The notes under the pieces are model-generated. The model did not search any database and was not told where the DNA came from. It was given only the letters and a program-made list of their open reading frames with translations. A stretch of DNA of 64,000 nucleotides from contig OX337231.1 of the NCBI GenBank assembly GCA_946965045.2, forward strand, positions 1,116,001 through 1,180,000. The letters run 5' to 3'. A program made the position numbers and the translations under genes. The stretch is from Epithemia pelagica. Its lineage: Eukaryota; Protista; Bacillariophyta. Below, piece after piece: positions 1-16,240 of the stretch. How positions within the stretch are numbered: position 1 is the first letter of the stretch; each line of letters begins with the position of its first letter.

Positions 1-1101
1 TTGCTCCCATCTTGTTCTCGTGAAGACGTCGTGTGGTGAGATGCCTGTATTTGGATTGGGCATTCTGTTGAAGATGAACACCACGTGGTCGACGGCCATT
101 GGCCAGAGTGACGGATCTGCGGTGTCGGGCCAGTGGATGGCGGCGTGTAACATCATCGTCCTTGCCATGGACATGATGGTTTGGATTGCACGTTCTGCCA
201 GTCCATTTTGATGATGGGCTCCGACTCCTGCAAAGGTGTGGATTTGCTTGAAGGCAGACAGGTGAGTAGCAAATTCTGCCGAGGTGTAGGCGGTGCCATT
301 GTCTGCTTGGTACTTTTGTGGAATCACTCCGAATGTCTGACACTTGTTTTCGTATTCTTTCTTTGCTATTAACGTTTCGTGTGTGTTGAGGTGGGCTTGG
401 AAGTGGATGAAAACGTGTCCACTGGCATGGTCGACGAAGATGCAGCCACCGCTGTACATGTGTTCTGGTTTTGTTTTGCCTTTGGACGTGTAGAGGCGTC
501 CTTTTGTTGTGCATGTAAAGTGGTCGGAGGAGACGCATTGACCGGGAAAAAGGTGGTTGTTTTTCAGGATCCCGTCTCGGTCCGCCACTTTTGTTGTCTT
601 TTGCCCCGGAGCATGTCGGAGTTTTTGTTTGCCGTAAAGGCAAGCCGCACAGAGAGGTGGACTCGACAATTTACAGATTGCTGTGTGCAATCGACTTGTC
701 TCTTCTGTATGCGACAATACACCAGTCTTCATCAGGAATTGAATGGTTCTGAAACTTGCGTGTCCCAGACGTTGGTGCCATCGTAACCATTCTTTTTGTG
801 TGGCCGATAAGTTGAGGTTGTGCTCGTGGACATTGGTGAGGGTGGTGGCAAGGGCGTTGATGGACTTGTTCACGCCTCGATGTCCATAGCATAGGCTTGT
901 GGGAAGGTTGTTCATCGGATTGATTGGGAGATGGATGGGTCCTCTTTTCATATCGTGTTTGACTCCACTGAAGCTGAGGCCGTTCTTGGTAAGTTTGATG
1001 GTTTCTCCAGAGTGGTGATGGAGGAAATGACTTGTGCTCAACAGTCTGCAGTTTGCTTCCGGTATACTCCTTGTACTACTCCCGTGAGTTTGAGGTTTCT
1101 T
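1..1101 (-). pseudogene. Ty1/Copia (CoDi-type) pol: GAG-pre-integrase, integrase zinc finger and integrase core; frame runs off the window at position 1
   Basis: Hand translation of the minus strand (missing from the ORF track because no stop lies in the window): NLNLSATQKEWLRWHQRLGH ... CAACLYGKQ ... CVSSDHF ... GGCIFVDHASG ... YQADNGTAY ... AGVGAHHQNGLAERAIQTIMSMARTMMLHAAIHWP. Confidence 0.93.
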
Positions 1102-1610
1102 TTAACTTTCTTGATGCTGGGAAGGAAGTCTTCTTTGTTGTTAGACACAGCAATACTCGCCCCAGAATCCCAGCAGATGATTGGGAAGGTGGTATTCTTG
1201 GGCATTTCCGATCGAAATTTGGCTGGTGCTTGGAGTGCCATTTGGAATGCAACGCTGTAGCTCATCTTAGAGATGAGGACATGCAACTGGGAATAAGGTA
1301 TTGGAGGAGGCTTTTTCTTCTCGTTGGTTTTGTTTTTTTTTCTTCTTGGTGATTTGGTGGCGATTTGGTGGCAACGCTGTGAGTATGGATGTTGTTCTTT
1401 GCGTTGGCACGGTGGAAGATGGGGAACAGTGACACATTGAGTTGATGGTTTTGGAGGAGGTGCCACAACAATGATTGCTATTTGAGGTTGTTGTTCTCCC
1501 TCTGTTGTGGTGGCTCGGCCAATTAATCCATCAATCCACGAGAACAGAGACGGCATCGTGGTTCCCATGTTGGTGGGGGAGAGAAATTGAAACGGAGACG
1601 TACCAATCAA
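1038..1610 (-). pseudogene. Copia aspartic protease region; a deletion/frameshift near 1060-1075 separates it from the integrase frame
   Basis: IICWDSGASIAVSNNKEDF motif. LTGVVQG is joined directly, out of frame, to IPEANCRLLST; the intervening segment usual in this family (W-[ST]-x-L-D...L-R-T-L...Y-V-P) is missing. Confidence 0.85.
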
Positions 1611-2540
1611 CCCCCGTGGAGGTCAAATTCGGCTGGATGGGTTGGATATGGTGGATGTTGTCTGGACCTGGGGTGGAATCTTGGTTGGGTTCCTGGTGGT
1701 GGTTGTGGAGGGATCGCCCGTCGTGGTGTTGGTTTGTACCTGGTTTGTGGTTTTACAGGTTTCTCGATGGGATGTTTGATGGGAACAAACTTGGTTGGAC
1801 GTGGTTTGATTTTGGGATTGACAATTTTGGTGGTTGGCATGTCCTATTTTGTGAGTTCGTCCCATGGGGTTGGTGTCGCTGGTGGCCGGAATTGTGGTTA
1901 AAATCTCGGTGCTGGAGTGGGTGTGAGCATGGGCAACAGCGGTAAAGCCTTCTGTTTTGTCGATTTCTTGTTTTTGTTGTGCCTTTTTGTGTGTGACGCA
2001 AGATTGTGGACTGCCAAGTTGGCATTGTAGTCCATGGTGTCTTGACTGGAGCGTGCTCGGGGTTTTCGGTTGTCGGCTGGTGTGAGCGGTGAAGGAAGTA
2101 CACGGCGTTTCTTGGGTCGTGACAAAGACATCTCGTGTAGTTGGTCAAATTGTGTGTTCACCATTTTCCATGCTTCTGAGTGTCGTTGGCTTAGAAGAGG
2201 CCTTACTCGACTAAGTTGTGTCCCCGCAATGTTTTCATCGTGTTGTAAATATTCTAGCTCTTCTTTGAGTCTTGTTCGTACGTCCTCTAGTTAATCTTCA
2301 AGGTGCTTCTTCAGAATGTCGTCTTCTTCCTTGTGATAAGCTGTGTGGTGGTGGATGAATTTCTCCACTAGTTTCTTGATGATGTAGTTTCGTTGTTTGG
2401 GATGGTCTTCGTGGTAGGTTTGTTGGTCTGGGGGAGTTTTGTGACCAAGATTGTGTTCCGGTAGGCTGGGTAGCTCCGCACGTGTTGGTTGTCGGTGTCG
2501 GTGTGTCACATACAAGATGGCTTCACGAGCGACCTGCCTA
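1607..2540 (-). pseudogene. Degenerate Copia gag-protease linker, the downstream half of the element split by the 2541-11308 insertion
   Basis: ORFs 2291-2515 and 1898-2164 share one frame with a single stop. Joining the two flanks of the insertion restores an open frame (GFAPHIPRQVAREAILYVTHRHRQ). Confidence 0.6.
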
Positions 2541-2563
2541 GTCTATTACAGTACAAATACTGT
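2541..2563 (+). repeat. Left TIR of the Tc1/mariner-like element, preceded by TA (2539-2540)
   Basis: Reverse complement of 11286-11308 with 3 mismatches. Confidence 0.85.
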
Positions 2564-2724
2564 ACTGACAATTTTGTACATAAACAATGATAGTAATTAT
2601 CTATGCCCCTTTGTTCATCGACCATGATGACGGCAAATTTGGATGTTCATTGGAAAACGATGCCGTTCATGGCTGTAAACGTAAGAGTTGATGTTACTAA
2701 TCGTTCTAATAGGTATTAGGTGGA

Positions 2725-3389
2725 CTACATTGTGAAGAAGAGACCTTGGTTTGGGAAATTGGTCGTCATAGAGCCAAGTGCAGCATTGAGCTCGTTCATC
2801 TCCTCAACTTGCATGTAGACAGTGAGCACCATTGGGTCCATGCAAACCTGCATATCAATGGTGCATCGTGTGTAAAAGCAAATTCGGCCCTTAACTTTCT
2901 TTTCCTGCGTAGGTGATGCCACTGCTTGCATGTCTGTCTTCATAATGAAGCCAATAGGAAGCACAACCAGCGGGTCAACGTGTTCGGAGCGGGCTTCTTG
3001 CTTGAAAAAGGCAAGCCGGAGATAATCCGTCTCTATTTCTCGCTGTAGGAGGGCGTGTCCACGATCCACAACGTTCCGTCCGTGACGTCCAAGGTTGTCA
3101 GTCATCGGAGCCATGAGAACGTTGACATTCTTCGCGTAGAAGCTTGTCCGAAACCGTACACCAGCGCCTCCGCCGCCACCGTTGCCTTCTTGCTACGCGT
3201 TGAAAAAAAGTCCAATCCATCCATTGTTGAGTTGTTGCTGCTGCCTGAGTCCTCCTCGCTTGTTACTAAAGCGATTTTGGATTGTTGCGTGTTGAATTCA
3301 AATCGTTTGGTTTGCTTTTCGTTTGCGGATGGCTCCGAAATGTGGCGGCCCCCCGGGTTGGTCGGAGCACTTGCACGCACCTCCACCAT
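2725..3389 (-). pseudogene. Possible frameshifted cargo gene of unknown function
   Basis: Two overlapping minus-strand ORFs (3102-3389, 2725-3114) with protein-like composition, divergent from the spliced gene; no recognisable motif. Confidence 0.3.
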
Positions 3390-3606
3390 GGTGATCTAAG
3401 TAGATTGCGCGATTTTGGTCCTTGTTCCGAGCATGCACACACTTTCTTTTCAGCTTGCGCATACTTGCAGGACTCTCTAAGGATACCCACCACTCACCAC
3501 TCTCACAAAATCGGCAAAGAAGATGAGCACCAACACCAAGCCACGTCGTTCAAACCGGCTTGCCTAGAACACCAAATCCGAGGGTGTTGCTCCAAAGATT
3601 GGGGCT

Positions 3607-4572
3607 ATGAATACCCCGTCGAGGACCAAGACTCCCAGCAAGAAACTGGTGAGCACCAAACGCAACAAGAAGAAGAACAACGAAGATGTCTCACCCGAAT
3701 CTTCTCTCAAGACGACCAAACGTAAGGAGAAGCAGCACCAGTCCAAAGCCTCCAACAATGTTGTCGTGCTTGCTCCAGTTGAGGGAGCTGACAAGAAGGA
3801 GCGGTACAAGGCTGCCCTGCAAGGAGCCACACAGTGGCAGCTTAGCCTTGCTGATGGCAATGGAGTGACAACGCTTGGAATCTGCCGCCAACACAGCAAA
3901 GGAGGTGAAATCACCTTTGCCGGTATCATCGAAACGCTTCATCACCAGATTGGTACTGATGTGGATGACCTACAAGAGGATACAGATAACAAGAGTAGTT
4001 TTGGTAAGTGGGCACTGCAGTTGATTGTCGACCTGAATTGACAACTAACAACGTTTCTATTTTGTTCTTTGTGGTTTTGACCTACAGGTGGTCAAGTTCT
4101 CAAGACTCCGTCCAAAGTGCAGTTTGTCGGAGTCGATGTTGAAAAGATGGTGGATGAGGCTGAAGACAAGGAAGAAGAAGTGGTGGTGGCCGAACCGGTG
4201 GCATCCTCCATTATGACACCAGGTCAACAGTATGCTGTAAATCGCACCCTGTGTGAACAGCAGGTCAAGTTCCACACAGGTGGAACACCATTTAAGGCCC
4301 TTCCTGCCAAGAACAAGCCGTCGACGCCCGAGGTTTTGTTCCACCACCGCCAGAAGCTCTTCTGTGACGTGGATCCCAACATTGCCCAACAAGACTCCCA
4401 AGTTGACGATGGGTTCGAAGACACCCAGGATTGTTGTCCCTTCTCTCAGGACGAGTACTACAATTACTTGATAGTCTGTACTAAGAATCTTTGTCTACGT
4501 AGAAAGTTATTCATTGTCTTAATCTTCATCTTCTTCACTGTCTTCATCGTTGCCATTTCCACCGTCTGTTAG
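3607..4572 (+). CDS. Two-exon hypothetical protein (exons 3607-4003 and 4088-4572), Lys-rich N-terminus; transposon cargo
   Basis: 84-nt intron 4004-4087 with G/GTAAGT donor, CTAAC at 4045-4049, T-rich tract and CTACAG/ acceptor. Phase-1 splicing joins the two ORF-track frames without a shift (KSSFG-GQVLKTPSKVQF). The 3' end overlaps the SET gene by ~54 nt, so the true stop is uncertain. Confidence 0.7.
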
Positions 4573-5430
4573 ATTGTAGTATAGGAACAACTCTTTGCCA
4601 CAAGGGATATGGCGTATTGCTGTAACCTTCAGCTTCCCATCAATTTGAATGTTGTAGATTGTATCTTCCTGGTCAACCTTTTCCTTGGTGCCATACTTTA
4701 GGAAGTTAGGGTCATTTGCAAAGTGTAGACCCATCCAAAGCTCTTGTTGCGATGCTTCGATGTGGAAGGGTGTCTTCGATCGCGTTTGAATCGCGAATTG
4801 AGATGGCTCTTTTTGGAGCCCCTCAATCACAGTTCCGCAATAGTAGCCCAAGCTTTCGCCTTCCTTGTACTCTCGGGCGGCAAAAGCTCCCATACCAGCA
4901 TTCGGCAGGCCAGACTTTTTGATGGTTACCAGATCCTTCCCGAGGTAGCGGGTAGTTAGCTCGAAGTCCTGCTTCTCGTCGTTCATGTCAACCATGAACG
5001 TGCCGAAGATCATTAGGTTGTCCTTCTTGACACGAGGAGAGCGATTCTTCTTACTCTTAACGCGTTTGATTGTTGTCGTCACAGGCTTGCCCTTTGTGTT
5101 GTGCTCCTTTCGCACAAGGGCACCCTGTAGATTGAAGACGCCCTTGATGTTTTCTGCGACAAAATGTTGGAGCTTGGCTCGGTCCGCGAGATTTCCGTCG
5201 CCAGCCAACTGATCAAGCTTCTTCATGAGCCTTGTTGCTCGAACTGGCTTTGGTTTTGGAAGTGTCTTCGGTTTGCTCTCCATCGCCCTGATGCGCCGAA
5301 GAAGGTTCCGCTTGTCTTGCTTGTAAGTTCGATTGGGCTGGATCTCAATCGACTTGGCAAGCTTGCGGAGATGCGAATTGCTCTGATGCTTCTTGGCTTT
5401 TGCAGCCGCACGTGTAGGCGGCTTTCCCAT
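4519..5430 (-). CDS. SET-domain protein (putative lysine methyltransferase) with a basic N-terminal region and acidic tail; intact ORF from ATG 5430
   Basis: KSGLPNAGMGAFAAREY (GxGxFA), GESLGYYCG, LHFANDP (NH-motif variant), GKELFLYYN (ELxxxY); no internal stops. Confidence 0.85.
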   Translation of the reverse strand: MGKPPTRAAAKAKKHQSNSHLRKLAKSIEIQPNRTYKQDKRNLLRRIRAMESKPKTLPKPKPVRATRLMKKLDQLAGDGNLADRAKLQHFVAENIKGVFNLQGALVRKEHNTKGKPVTTTIKRVKSKKNRSPRVKKDNLMIFGTFMVDMNDEKQDFELTTRYLGKDLVTIKKSGLPNAGMGAFAAREYKEGESLGYYCGTVIEGLQKEPSQFAIQTRSKTPFHIEASQQELWMGLHFANDPNFLKYGTKEKVDQEDTIYNIQIDGKLKVTAIRHIPCGKELFLYYNLTDGGNGNDEDSEEDED

Positions 5431-5902
5431 GGTCCGTAATGAAGAATCGCAAATCCACAAAACGAAAAAGGGTCCGTAAAATGAAGGATCGCAAATCCAG
5501 AATCTTTTTCAAAACAAAAAAGGCGGGGGACAATCGCACTCCCCGTTCTGCCGCCAGATGTCGCACTCTTGTAATTCGTATTGAACACAATTCTGCAGTG
5601 GCTCGGGTTTTTGGCATCAAATTCCTCCTTCTCACATTCATACAAAAAAGGAGCAATCATAATATCATCATCATCGTCTCGATATTTCACACAAAGGTTG
5701 AGCAAAAGCCTATCTCTTTGGTCGTTCTCTCGCTCTCTCTCGCTCTCTCTCTTGACAGGTTGTCGTTGCTCATGGTGGTGATTGTCGCTATTCCTCTCTG
5801 GCTCTGAATTGGCAACGACGGCGGCGGCACAGGTCACCATGTTGGAGGACGGGTAGGTTCAAGACAAGGACCAGATTGACGAGGCTGGGAGGCCGCGAAA
5901 AT

Positions 5903-6020
5903 GAAGAAAAACAATCCAACAATCAACTTTCTACTTGCCCAAGTCAGAAAAAGTGATGAACGAAGAAAAATAATCCAACAATCAACTTTCTACTTGCCCA
6001 AGTCAGAAAAAGTGATGAAC
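5903..6020. repeat. 59-bp tandem duplication
   Basis: gaagaaaa(c/t)aatccaacaatcaactttctacttgcccaagtcagaaaaagtgatgaac at 5903 and 5962. Confidence 0.9.
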
Positions 6021-6067
6021 GACTATTTTGTGACAGTACGAGATTATTTTTGTGACATCACGAGTCA

Positions 6068-6470
6068 AACCATGGCGACACGACAACGACAACGAAACCA
6101 ACAACAACAACACCCAACAGACCACCCCGAACCACCACAGCAGGTTCTCTCTTGACAGGGTGTCGTTGCTCATGATTGGCACCATTCCTCTGTGTCCGAA
6201 TCGCATGGACGAGATTCGAACCATGACGAGACGACAACGACAACGAAACCAACAACAACAACACCCAACAGACCACCCCGATCCACCACAGCAGGTTCTC
6301 TCTTGACAGGGTGTCGTTGCTCATGATTGGCACCATTCCTCTGTGTCCGAATCGCATGGACGAGATTCGAACCATGACGAGACGACAACGACAACGAAAC
6401 CAACAACAACAACACCCAACAGACCACCCCGAACCACCACAGCAGGTTCTCTCTTGACAGGGTGTCGTTG
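6068..6470. repeat. 151-bp tandem repeat, ~2.7 copies, with a degenerate partial copy near 5745
   Basis: caggttctctcttgacagggtgtcgttg recurs at 6141, 6292 and 6443. Confidence 0.92.
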
Positions 6471-6821
6471 AAACTAACAACAACAAACAACAACAAGCGA
6501 CAACAACGACAACAACAAGAAGACTCTTTGTCTCACACCTTGTCGCGATGCCCTACGGGAGATTCACAAAAGCGCTTCACATCCACGTCGGGACAAGAAT
6601 GCGTTCTCGTTGTGGATCCCAACCATCATAACAGCAGTACACCGGCGTCCTCCCGGAAACAACCCAACAAGCATCACAAATGAAGCAGTGCTACTGAGAA
6701 TTCTTCGTTCTTCATGTGAACTTAGTAACCTACCTAGGTAGTTGATTCAACACTAGTAAATGAGCACTACTATGTAATATGTATCTTTGAAATATGCAAC
6801 TCGTGTAAAACACAACTTGTT

Positions 6822-10540
<3,719 letters not shown>

Positions 10541-10557
10541 AGTTGACGGAGTCTCGC

Positions 10558-11000
10558 TCACACAGCCGGGGAGACAGACAAGGCAGTGGACGAGACGACA
10601 GTCTCTCACACAGCCGGGGAGACAAACGAGGCAGCGGACGAGGCGACCACAGAACAGTGCACGACGTGAAGCACTGCTATTTCTAGAGATAAAGGAACTG
10701 CGTAGGTGATGTTTTTTATAGTTGATTGCTGGCTGCTATTCGGAGTCTCGGGGAGACAGACAAGGTTGCGGGGAGACAGACAAGGCAGTGGACGAGGCGA
10801 AAGTTTCTCGCCTTTGGAGTTGTCGTTGTTGTTGTTGTGATTCGTGGCACCGGTGGTGGCCGAGAGGTTGCTGGTACTCTTGTTCTTGTTCGTATTGTTG
10901 TTGTTGTTGTTGTTGTTTTGCGACGATGGTGGTTGTGATCCTCACACAGCCGGGGAGACAAACGAGGCAGCGGACGAGGCGAAAGTTTCTCGACTTTGGA
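10558..11000. repeat. Dispersed ~35-bp direct repeats upstream of the transposase start
   Basis: (tcacacagcc)ggggagaca(g/a)ac(a/g)aggcag(t/c)ggacgag at about 10558, 10606, 10770 and 10942, with a partial copy at 10750. Confidence 0.85.
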
Positions 11001-11285
11001 GTTGTTGTCGTGAAGCGCTGCGATTTCTCGAGATACAGGCGCCACGTACGTGATGTTTTTTTTATAATCTGTTTATGACATACCTATGCTATCGATCTGT
11101 CGCATTACATCACGTACCAGCGGCATGTGACGGCTATGGTGACCGGAAGCGGTGGCAGTTGTTTTCGTTTTAGAATACCATCACGAAATTATGTGAGGAT
11201 TGGGAAAACCTCAACGCGTCCGCACCGCTAGATCACTATCAGATAATATGTACCTCAGAAAAGGGAGTAATTAAAAAATTTGTAC

Positions 11286-11308
11286 ACAATTTTTGTACTT
11301 TAATAGAC
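11286..11308 (-). repeat. Right TIR of the Tc1/mariner-like element, followed by TA (11309-11310)
   Basis: acaatttttgtactttaatagac is the reverse complement of 2541-2563 with 3 mismatches. Confidence 0.85.
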
Positions 11309-13652
11309 TAGGTATGTGAGGCGCGAAGCCAGCTTGTAGGAGCTGTCGGGACTTGCAGTCTTGGAATCCCATTCAACGGAAGAAATTGGAAATGGGGTAG
11401 GCACTCGAGTCTTGGTAGGCTTTAGCTTTTGGTCTTGCTCGGGGGTCGTTTCCATTTGGGGGGAATTCGGAAGCGGCTTTTCTTCTTTCTCTGTTTCCGT
11501 TGGATTTTCGTGAGATTGAGAAGATTTATCAAATTTTAAATTTTTAGAGTTCGCTTCTGCTGCTGCAGCTGCATATGAATAGGATCCTCGTTCTCGATCC
11601 ATGCATCCATCGTTGCCTTTTCCCAGGCCGTTGCATCTGAGCATCAAGGCAGAGAAGTCGATTTCTTCGGAGAGGAGCAAGTCTTCGTTTGTCTCCATTG
11701 AAGTCTCTTGTTTTCTTGGGTGGATGTGGTGGTGTCTAAGGTGTATTCGGTGTCCTCTTCGTCGTTGTCGCTGTCAGTGTCATCGTTGTTGATGGTGGAT
11801 TCGTCGTCGGGGGAGTTGTTCGAGTCAAGAGGGACGGAGAGAAAGGCATCTAGGATGTCAACAGGTGCGACGGAGAGGTTGACTTGGGCCATGGCTGAGA
11901 TGGTCTGTTCTGCAGCTTGGATGTCCACCGGTGGAGTCCATGGTATGGAGGATGCGTCGTCCCAAAAATTCAACGCATTGGTTTTGGTGTCTTCTTTCGT
12001 CTTTTCTTCTCCCTCTGAGACGACAATGGAGGCAGAATCGTCATCGTCTTCGGCATCAGAAGGGGTAAAAGTGTCCCAGAACGAATCTGGAATGGGACTG
12101 GTGTCTTCGGGTTGGCAGAAGACGTTGTGGTCGGAGAGACTGGCCATGTTGACCATGGCAGTCCACGCGCCGACGTCCAAATTTTCGGGGTTGAGTGTGT
12201 GGGCGTTGACAGAGCTGGAGGCATATCTTGGTTGGGAACTGCCGGATGGATTGTCTCGGTGCTCGACTGTGGTATGGGAGAGGTTCCAATGACCACATTT
12301 GCTACATCAGTAGTAAGTGGTGTTGTTGACGGTTTTCTTCTCGGCTTGATCTTGGCCGGGGGAAACTTTCTTTCAGTTTGGAGCGTTGGATCCTTGGTTG
12401 GTATGTCGGGTGGAGCCTCGTTGGTTGGAACGGGGTTTACCACGGGTGGAAGGTTGGTTGGAGCCTTTCTTGGTGTTTCCATTGGTCGAACCGCGACCAT
12501 TTTTGGAGGTTCCGAATTTGGAGTTTCGGTGTGGACAATCTTTTGCCCAGTGGTCCGCGCCGCCACAAATGTAGCAAGCGCCTTTCGAAGAAGGCTCGCC
12601 CATGTGTTGTCGGAGGGCAAATGCTTGTACTTCCGACAATTTTGCAAAGATGGAAGGTGGTGTTTTCTTGTCTTTGTCGCTTGTTGATGGAGGCCACGTG
12701 TTTCGGTCCATTGCATCCATGTAAAGGGTGTCAGCCCTTTCACAGATGTGCTGGAAGGAGAGCCCGTCGGCGTCCATGGCGGCTTGCTGGTCTTGGTCGT
12801 TCATGTACCTGATTTCAAGAATCTTGGCTTGAACTTTCGGATACAGACTCAACAATCCGAGATTATAGAGTTCATCGCCGTTTGCCAAAGAGAAGGCTTG
12901 GAGGACGGAGAGGGTGATGGTTTGTTTGTAAAACCCAGAGGCGAAGAGGTCCTCGCAATCTGCTTTCATGTGGGCAGACATCTCGGTGATGTTTTGCCCA
13001 GCATAGAGGAAAGGAGTCCGGCTGGAGATTCTGGTGGCCAAGGTGTCGTACTTGTTCACCGAATCTGACTGGAGGATGCTGATGAGCGTCATCCAGGTCA
13101 CCACAAAGGAGTCTTGGGCGGTCGTTTTTGTTTCCAGAGTCTTTCGGAGCTGAGCTTGACAGAGTTGAGGAGGCACATCTGTGCGGCCGTGTCGTTCTCC
13201 GTGTCATACGGGTCAAAATCTTGAGTGTTCTTGGAGTTTTCTTGCTTGACATGGGCAAGCGTGAAGCGTGTATGCTCTGTCACGATGTGACGCATGCGGC
13301 CACTTTGTGCTGGGTCGGGGATGTATGCGATGGTGTCCATTCCTCGGAGCACCAGCATTTCATCCAGGTGCTTCATGAACTCATGAAGGTTATCGCCTTT
13401 ACAAAAACAAACCGACAATCCACTACAGTGGGTCTCGAACCCGGTGATATCCTTTCCGAATCGGCGTTGGTGTGGTGTTGCGGGATACTTCTTCGCGGAC
13501 GGGTCGAGTCCGTTGGTCCAGTTGGCGGATGGTTTGCCGCCGGTCCATGCGGCCCATTTGTATTCGTCCAATTGGACGCGTCCTCCCATCTTAGGCTCTG
13601 GAGGCTTGAACGTGGTGCGTTCGGGAGGAGGTGGAGGAGGATTTCCTGACAT
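11309..13652 (-). pseudogene. Copia (CoDi-type) gag, frameshifted, with zinc knuckle
   Basis: WAAWTGGKP, GMDTIAYIPDP, HTRFT, FDPYDTENDTAA.MCLLNS, then CYICGGADHWAKDC (CCHC), then YY*CSKCGHWNLSHTTVEH (second Zn motif with a stop). Confidence 0.9.
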
Positions 13653-13931
13653 GTCCGATGATGGTTCACTTGATGGAGTGGAGATGGAGATGGAATCGGA
13701 GTCGTCGTTTTCGGGGTCACTTGAGCTCGTAAAGCGAATCTCTTCTTCGTCGTGGAGAAGAACGAAACTCCCAAGTGTATGGGGAGAGTCTTGGTTTGTA
13801 TCAGACAGCTTGTAGGCTTGTCTGTGCTACCAGATCGATGGGTCTGGCGCTGGGTCTCGAGGTGGGGATCTCTGTCCTGTACGGAAGAGAAAGGGAACTA
13901 CAGGGATAGCGTTAGCGGTAAGGCTGTAATT

Positions 13932-13945
13932 GGGCGTAATAACCA
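13932..13945 (-). other. Possible primer-binding site of the Copia element (TGGTTATTACGCCC)
   Basis: Begins with TGG about 290 nt upstream of gag. Its complement GGGCGTAATAACCA resembles a tRNA-Val 3' end. The adjoining LTR could not be delimited. Confidence 0.35.
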
Positions 13946-15399
13946 GTCAGGACTACGCGTATACTCGTGCTAGGCAAGCTTGTAGGCTAGGGCAGTATCG
14001 CGAAATCACTGTGGAGGTTGATCAAATCTCCACAGTAACCTAGAAATTGTTTCGTTGCAACAATCTCTGTTTTCAATACTATAAGATGATTACGACTATC
14101 AGAAAGAGTGATTTTGCTCATTCGATCCATGTTTGGATCTGTCCTTGGGCATCTTAGGACTGTCTTGGTTCCAACTCTACGATTACTAAGTCCAATTGTT
14201 CGAAGTGAGATAGCTAGTAAGCCATACTCTAAGTCTTCGACATTAGAGCATGGTCCGGCGCGCATGATGACTCAAGACCATGCAGCGCAACCAGCTTGCT
14301 TCCAGGACTGGGCAGACATGGTCATTTGACCGATCACACTGGTAAGTTTGTGCGACTCAGTGTAAGCCCCCAGATTTCCCAATAAGATTCTCAACGGTCG
14401 GAAGCAAACTTTGGGGGTGGACTCTGACTGGCAGTGAATAACAGGGTAAAGGTAGATCGTCAATTTAGACAAAGCGCCTGATTGTTGTCTGCCGAGTGTG
14501 GCGAAACATCGTAGATTAACGTGCATTGTGGCTGATAGCCATGGGGGTCGGCGGTGGCAGGACAAGCAATTTTGGAGTGGTTTTGGGCGCCCCATCGAAG
14601 GAACTGCTGGAACAAGTCATGGGACAATTTCATCCGAGGACTGAAGTTTCTGTCCACTTCGATCAAGGATAGCACTGTGCTGATCAACGCATACGGAGTG
14701 TTAGTGGCAAAGGAGATTGGCGTCACATTTTTGGTCACAGATGCGCCCATTCGCAAAGCAGGCACAGGCATCAAGAACTCTACGGCCCCCAAGAAAAATG
14801 ACTACGGACTGGAAGTTGGGGAAGTTGTACCCAAGTCCATTGGGATTGGGATCCCAACCAAGCAAACTCGAAACAACTCGTGCCTCAAGTTTCGACAGTT
14901 CAGCTTCTCCCTCAAGAATGATCCTATCTTCAAGATTATGCTGGGGACAAAACACATCTTCACAGTCAAGGAGTCGGGCCTCGAGGGAGGCCATATACCT
15001 GATACTCAAACAGATCAAGTCCTTCTCTTATGGCTGTGCATGGTTTAGTTCTGGAGAGGACACCAGGGTGTGCACAGGCCGTTCAATGGCACGACGGTTA
15101 GTGGCTTCGTCGTTACCAGTAGAGGCATTGGAAGAATCAGCAATCTGCACGCGATGAGATCCGGAATTGGTGGAGGAACCAGATCCAGTTGCAACAGCGG
15201 CAGTGGCTTCAGTGGACGTGGCGGCGACGGCCGCCCAACGTTTATTGTAGTATTATAAAGGTCGCACAAAGAAGCGAATGGAAAAAAAATTGACGCGACT
15301 CTGCAGTTGGTTAATCGTGATTTGTGGGCCAGGGCAGAGATCATGGCCAAGGTTTTTGCCATTGTGGAACATGCAACAACATTTGTTTCTGGGGATAAC

Positions 15400-15640
15400 T
15401 TCCCCATCTCAGCATGGCTGTCTCATCCAAGACACTCCAAGTGACAACACCGGTTCCTTTTACGCCCTGAATGGTTTGATCGACGCTTTTCACCGCGTCT
15501 TGTGGTGGCGGGAGAAGTTCAGAAAGGAAATCACGATGATTGTTAGTCACTGAGATGCTAGCGCCCGAGTCCCATATAATCTCGTAGGTGGCCTCTTTGG
15601 GCATGGCCTGTTGGAGACGGCCGGGATGTTGTAGGGTGGC
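15400..15640 (-). pseudogene. Second Copia protease fragment, truncated
   Basis: YEIIWDSGASISVTNNHRDF ... IQGVKGTGVVTWSVLDETAMLR in ORF 15341-15865. Confidence 0.85.
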
Positions 15641-16240
15641 GGTGGCATAGGCATCGGTCCCATGGAGATTGCTAGCCATGGCTGTAAGAATGACCAAGCC
15701 AAGTTTTGAGTCAGTAGTGGCGCTGTGGTTGCGCTTGCGAGTACATTGGTCTCGTTTGTGGCACTTTTTGGACGGAGACTTGACCGGGGGACGCGGTTTG
15801 ATGGCCAAAGGGCGACGTGAACCATGGGTGGAGGGGCACTTGAACGCGACGTGGAATGCCATCACGGCGCACTCCCTCTTTCACATCTTTGCCACACCAA
15901 CTCCAGATGGCGGACCGAATCCAACGATGAGCGGCGAAGGTGACATGAGAAAACGTGCTTGGCTTGGGGCCGATGATGCTCATCATAGAAATGCCCGGGC
16001 ATGTAGTGGGAATGTGGAGGATGATGATATGGTGGACTGTGGTACTGAGGATGATGGTGTGGTTGAAGGTGGTGTATTTGCATAGAATTGTAGTGGCAGC
16101 GGCGGGAACAGGATGGTGCAGTTGAAGGTCGTGCGGTTGGTAGTGCTGTTGAATGGCAACATCAGGAGCAACAGCGGGAGAAGGTTGGTAGTATTCCTTT
16201 CGAGGAGGGTCGCCCGGCGCGGAGGGTAGAATGACGAGAA

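Noticed and set aside
13990-15300. Broken ORFs upstream of the Copia gag, considered as LTR or gene
   Set aside because: No second LTR copy in the window and no recognisable motif, so no call can be supported.
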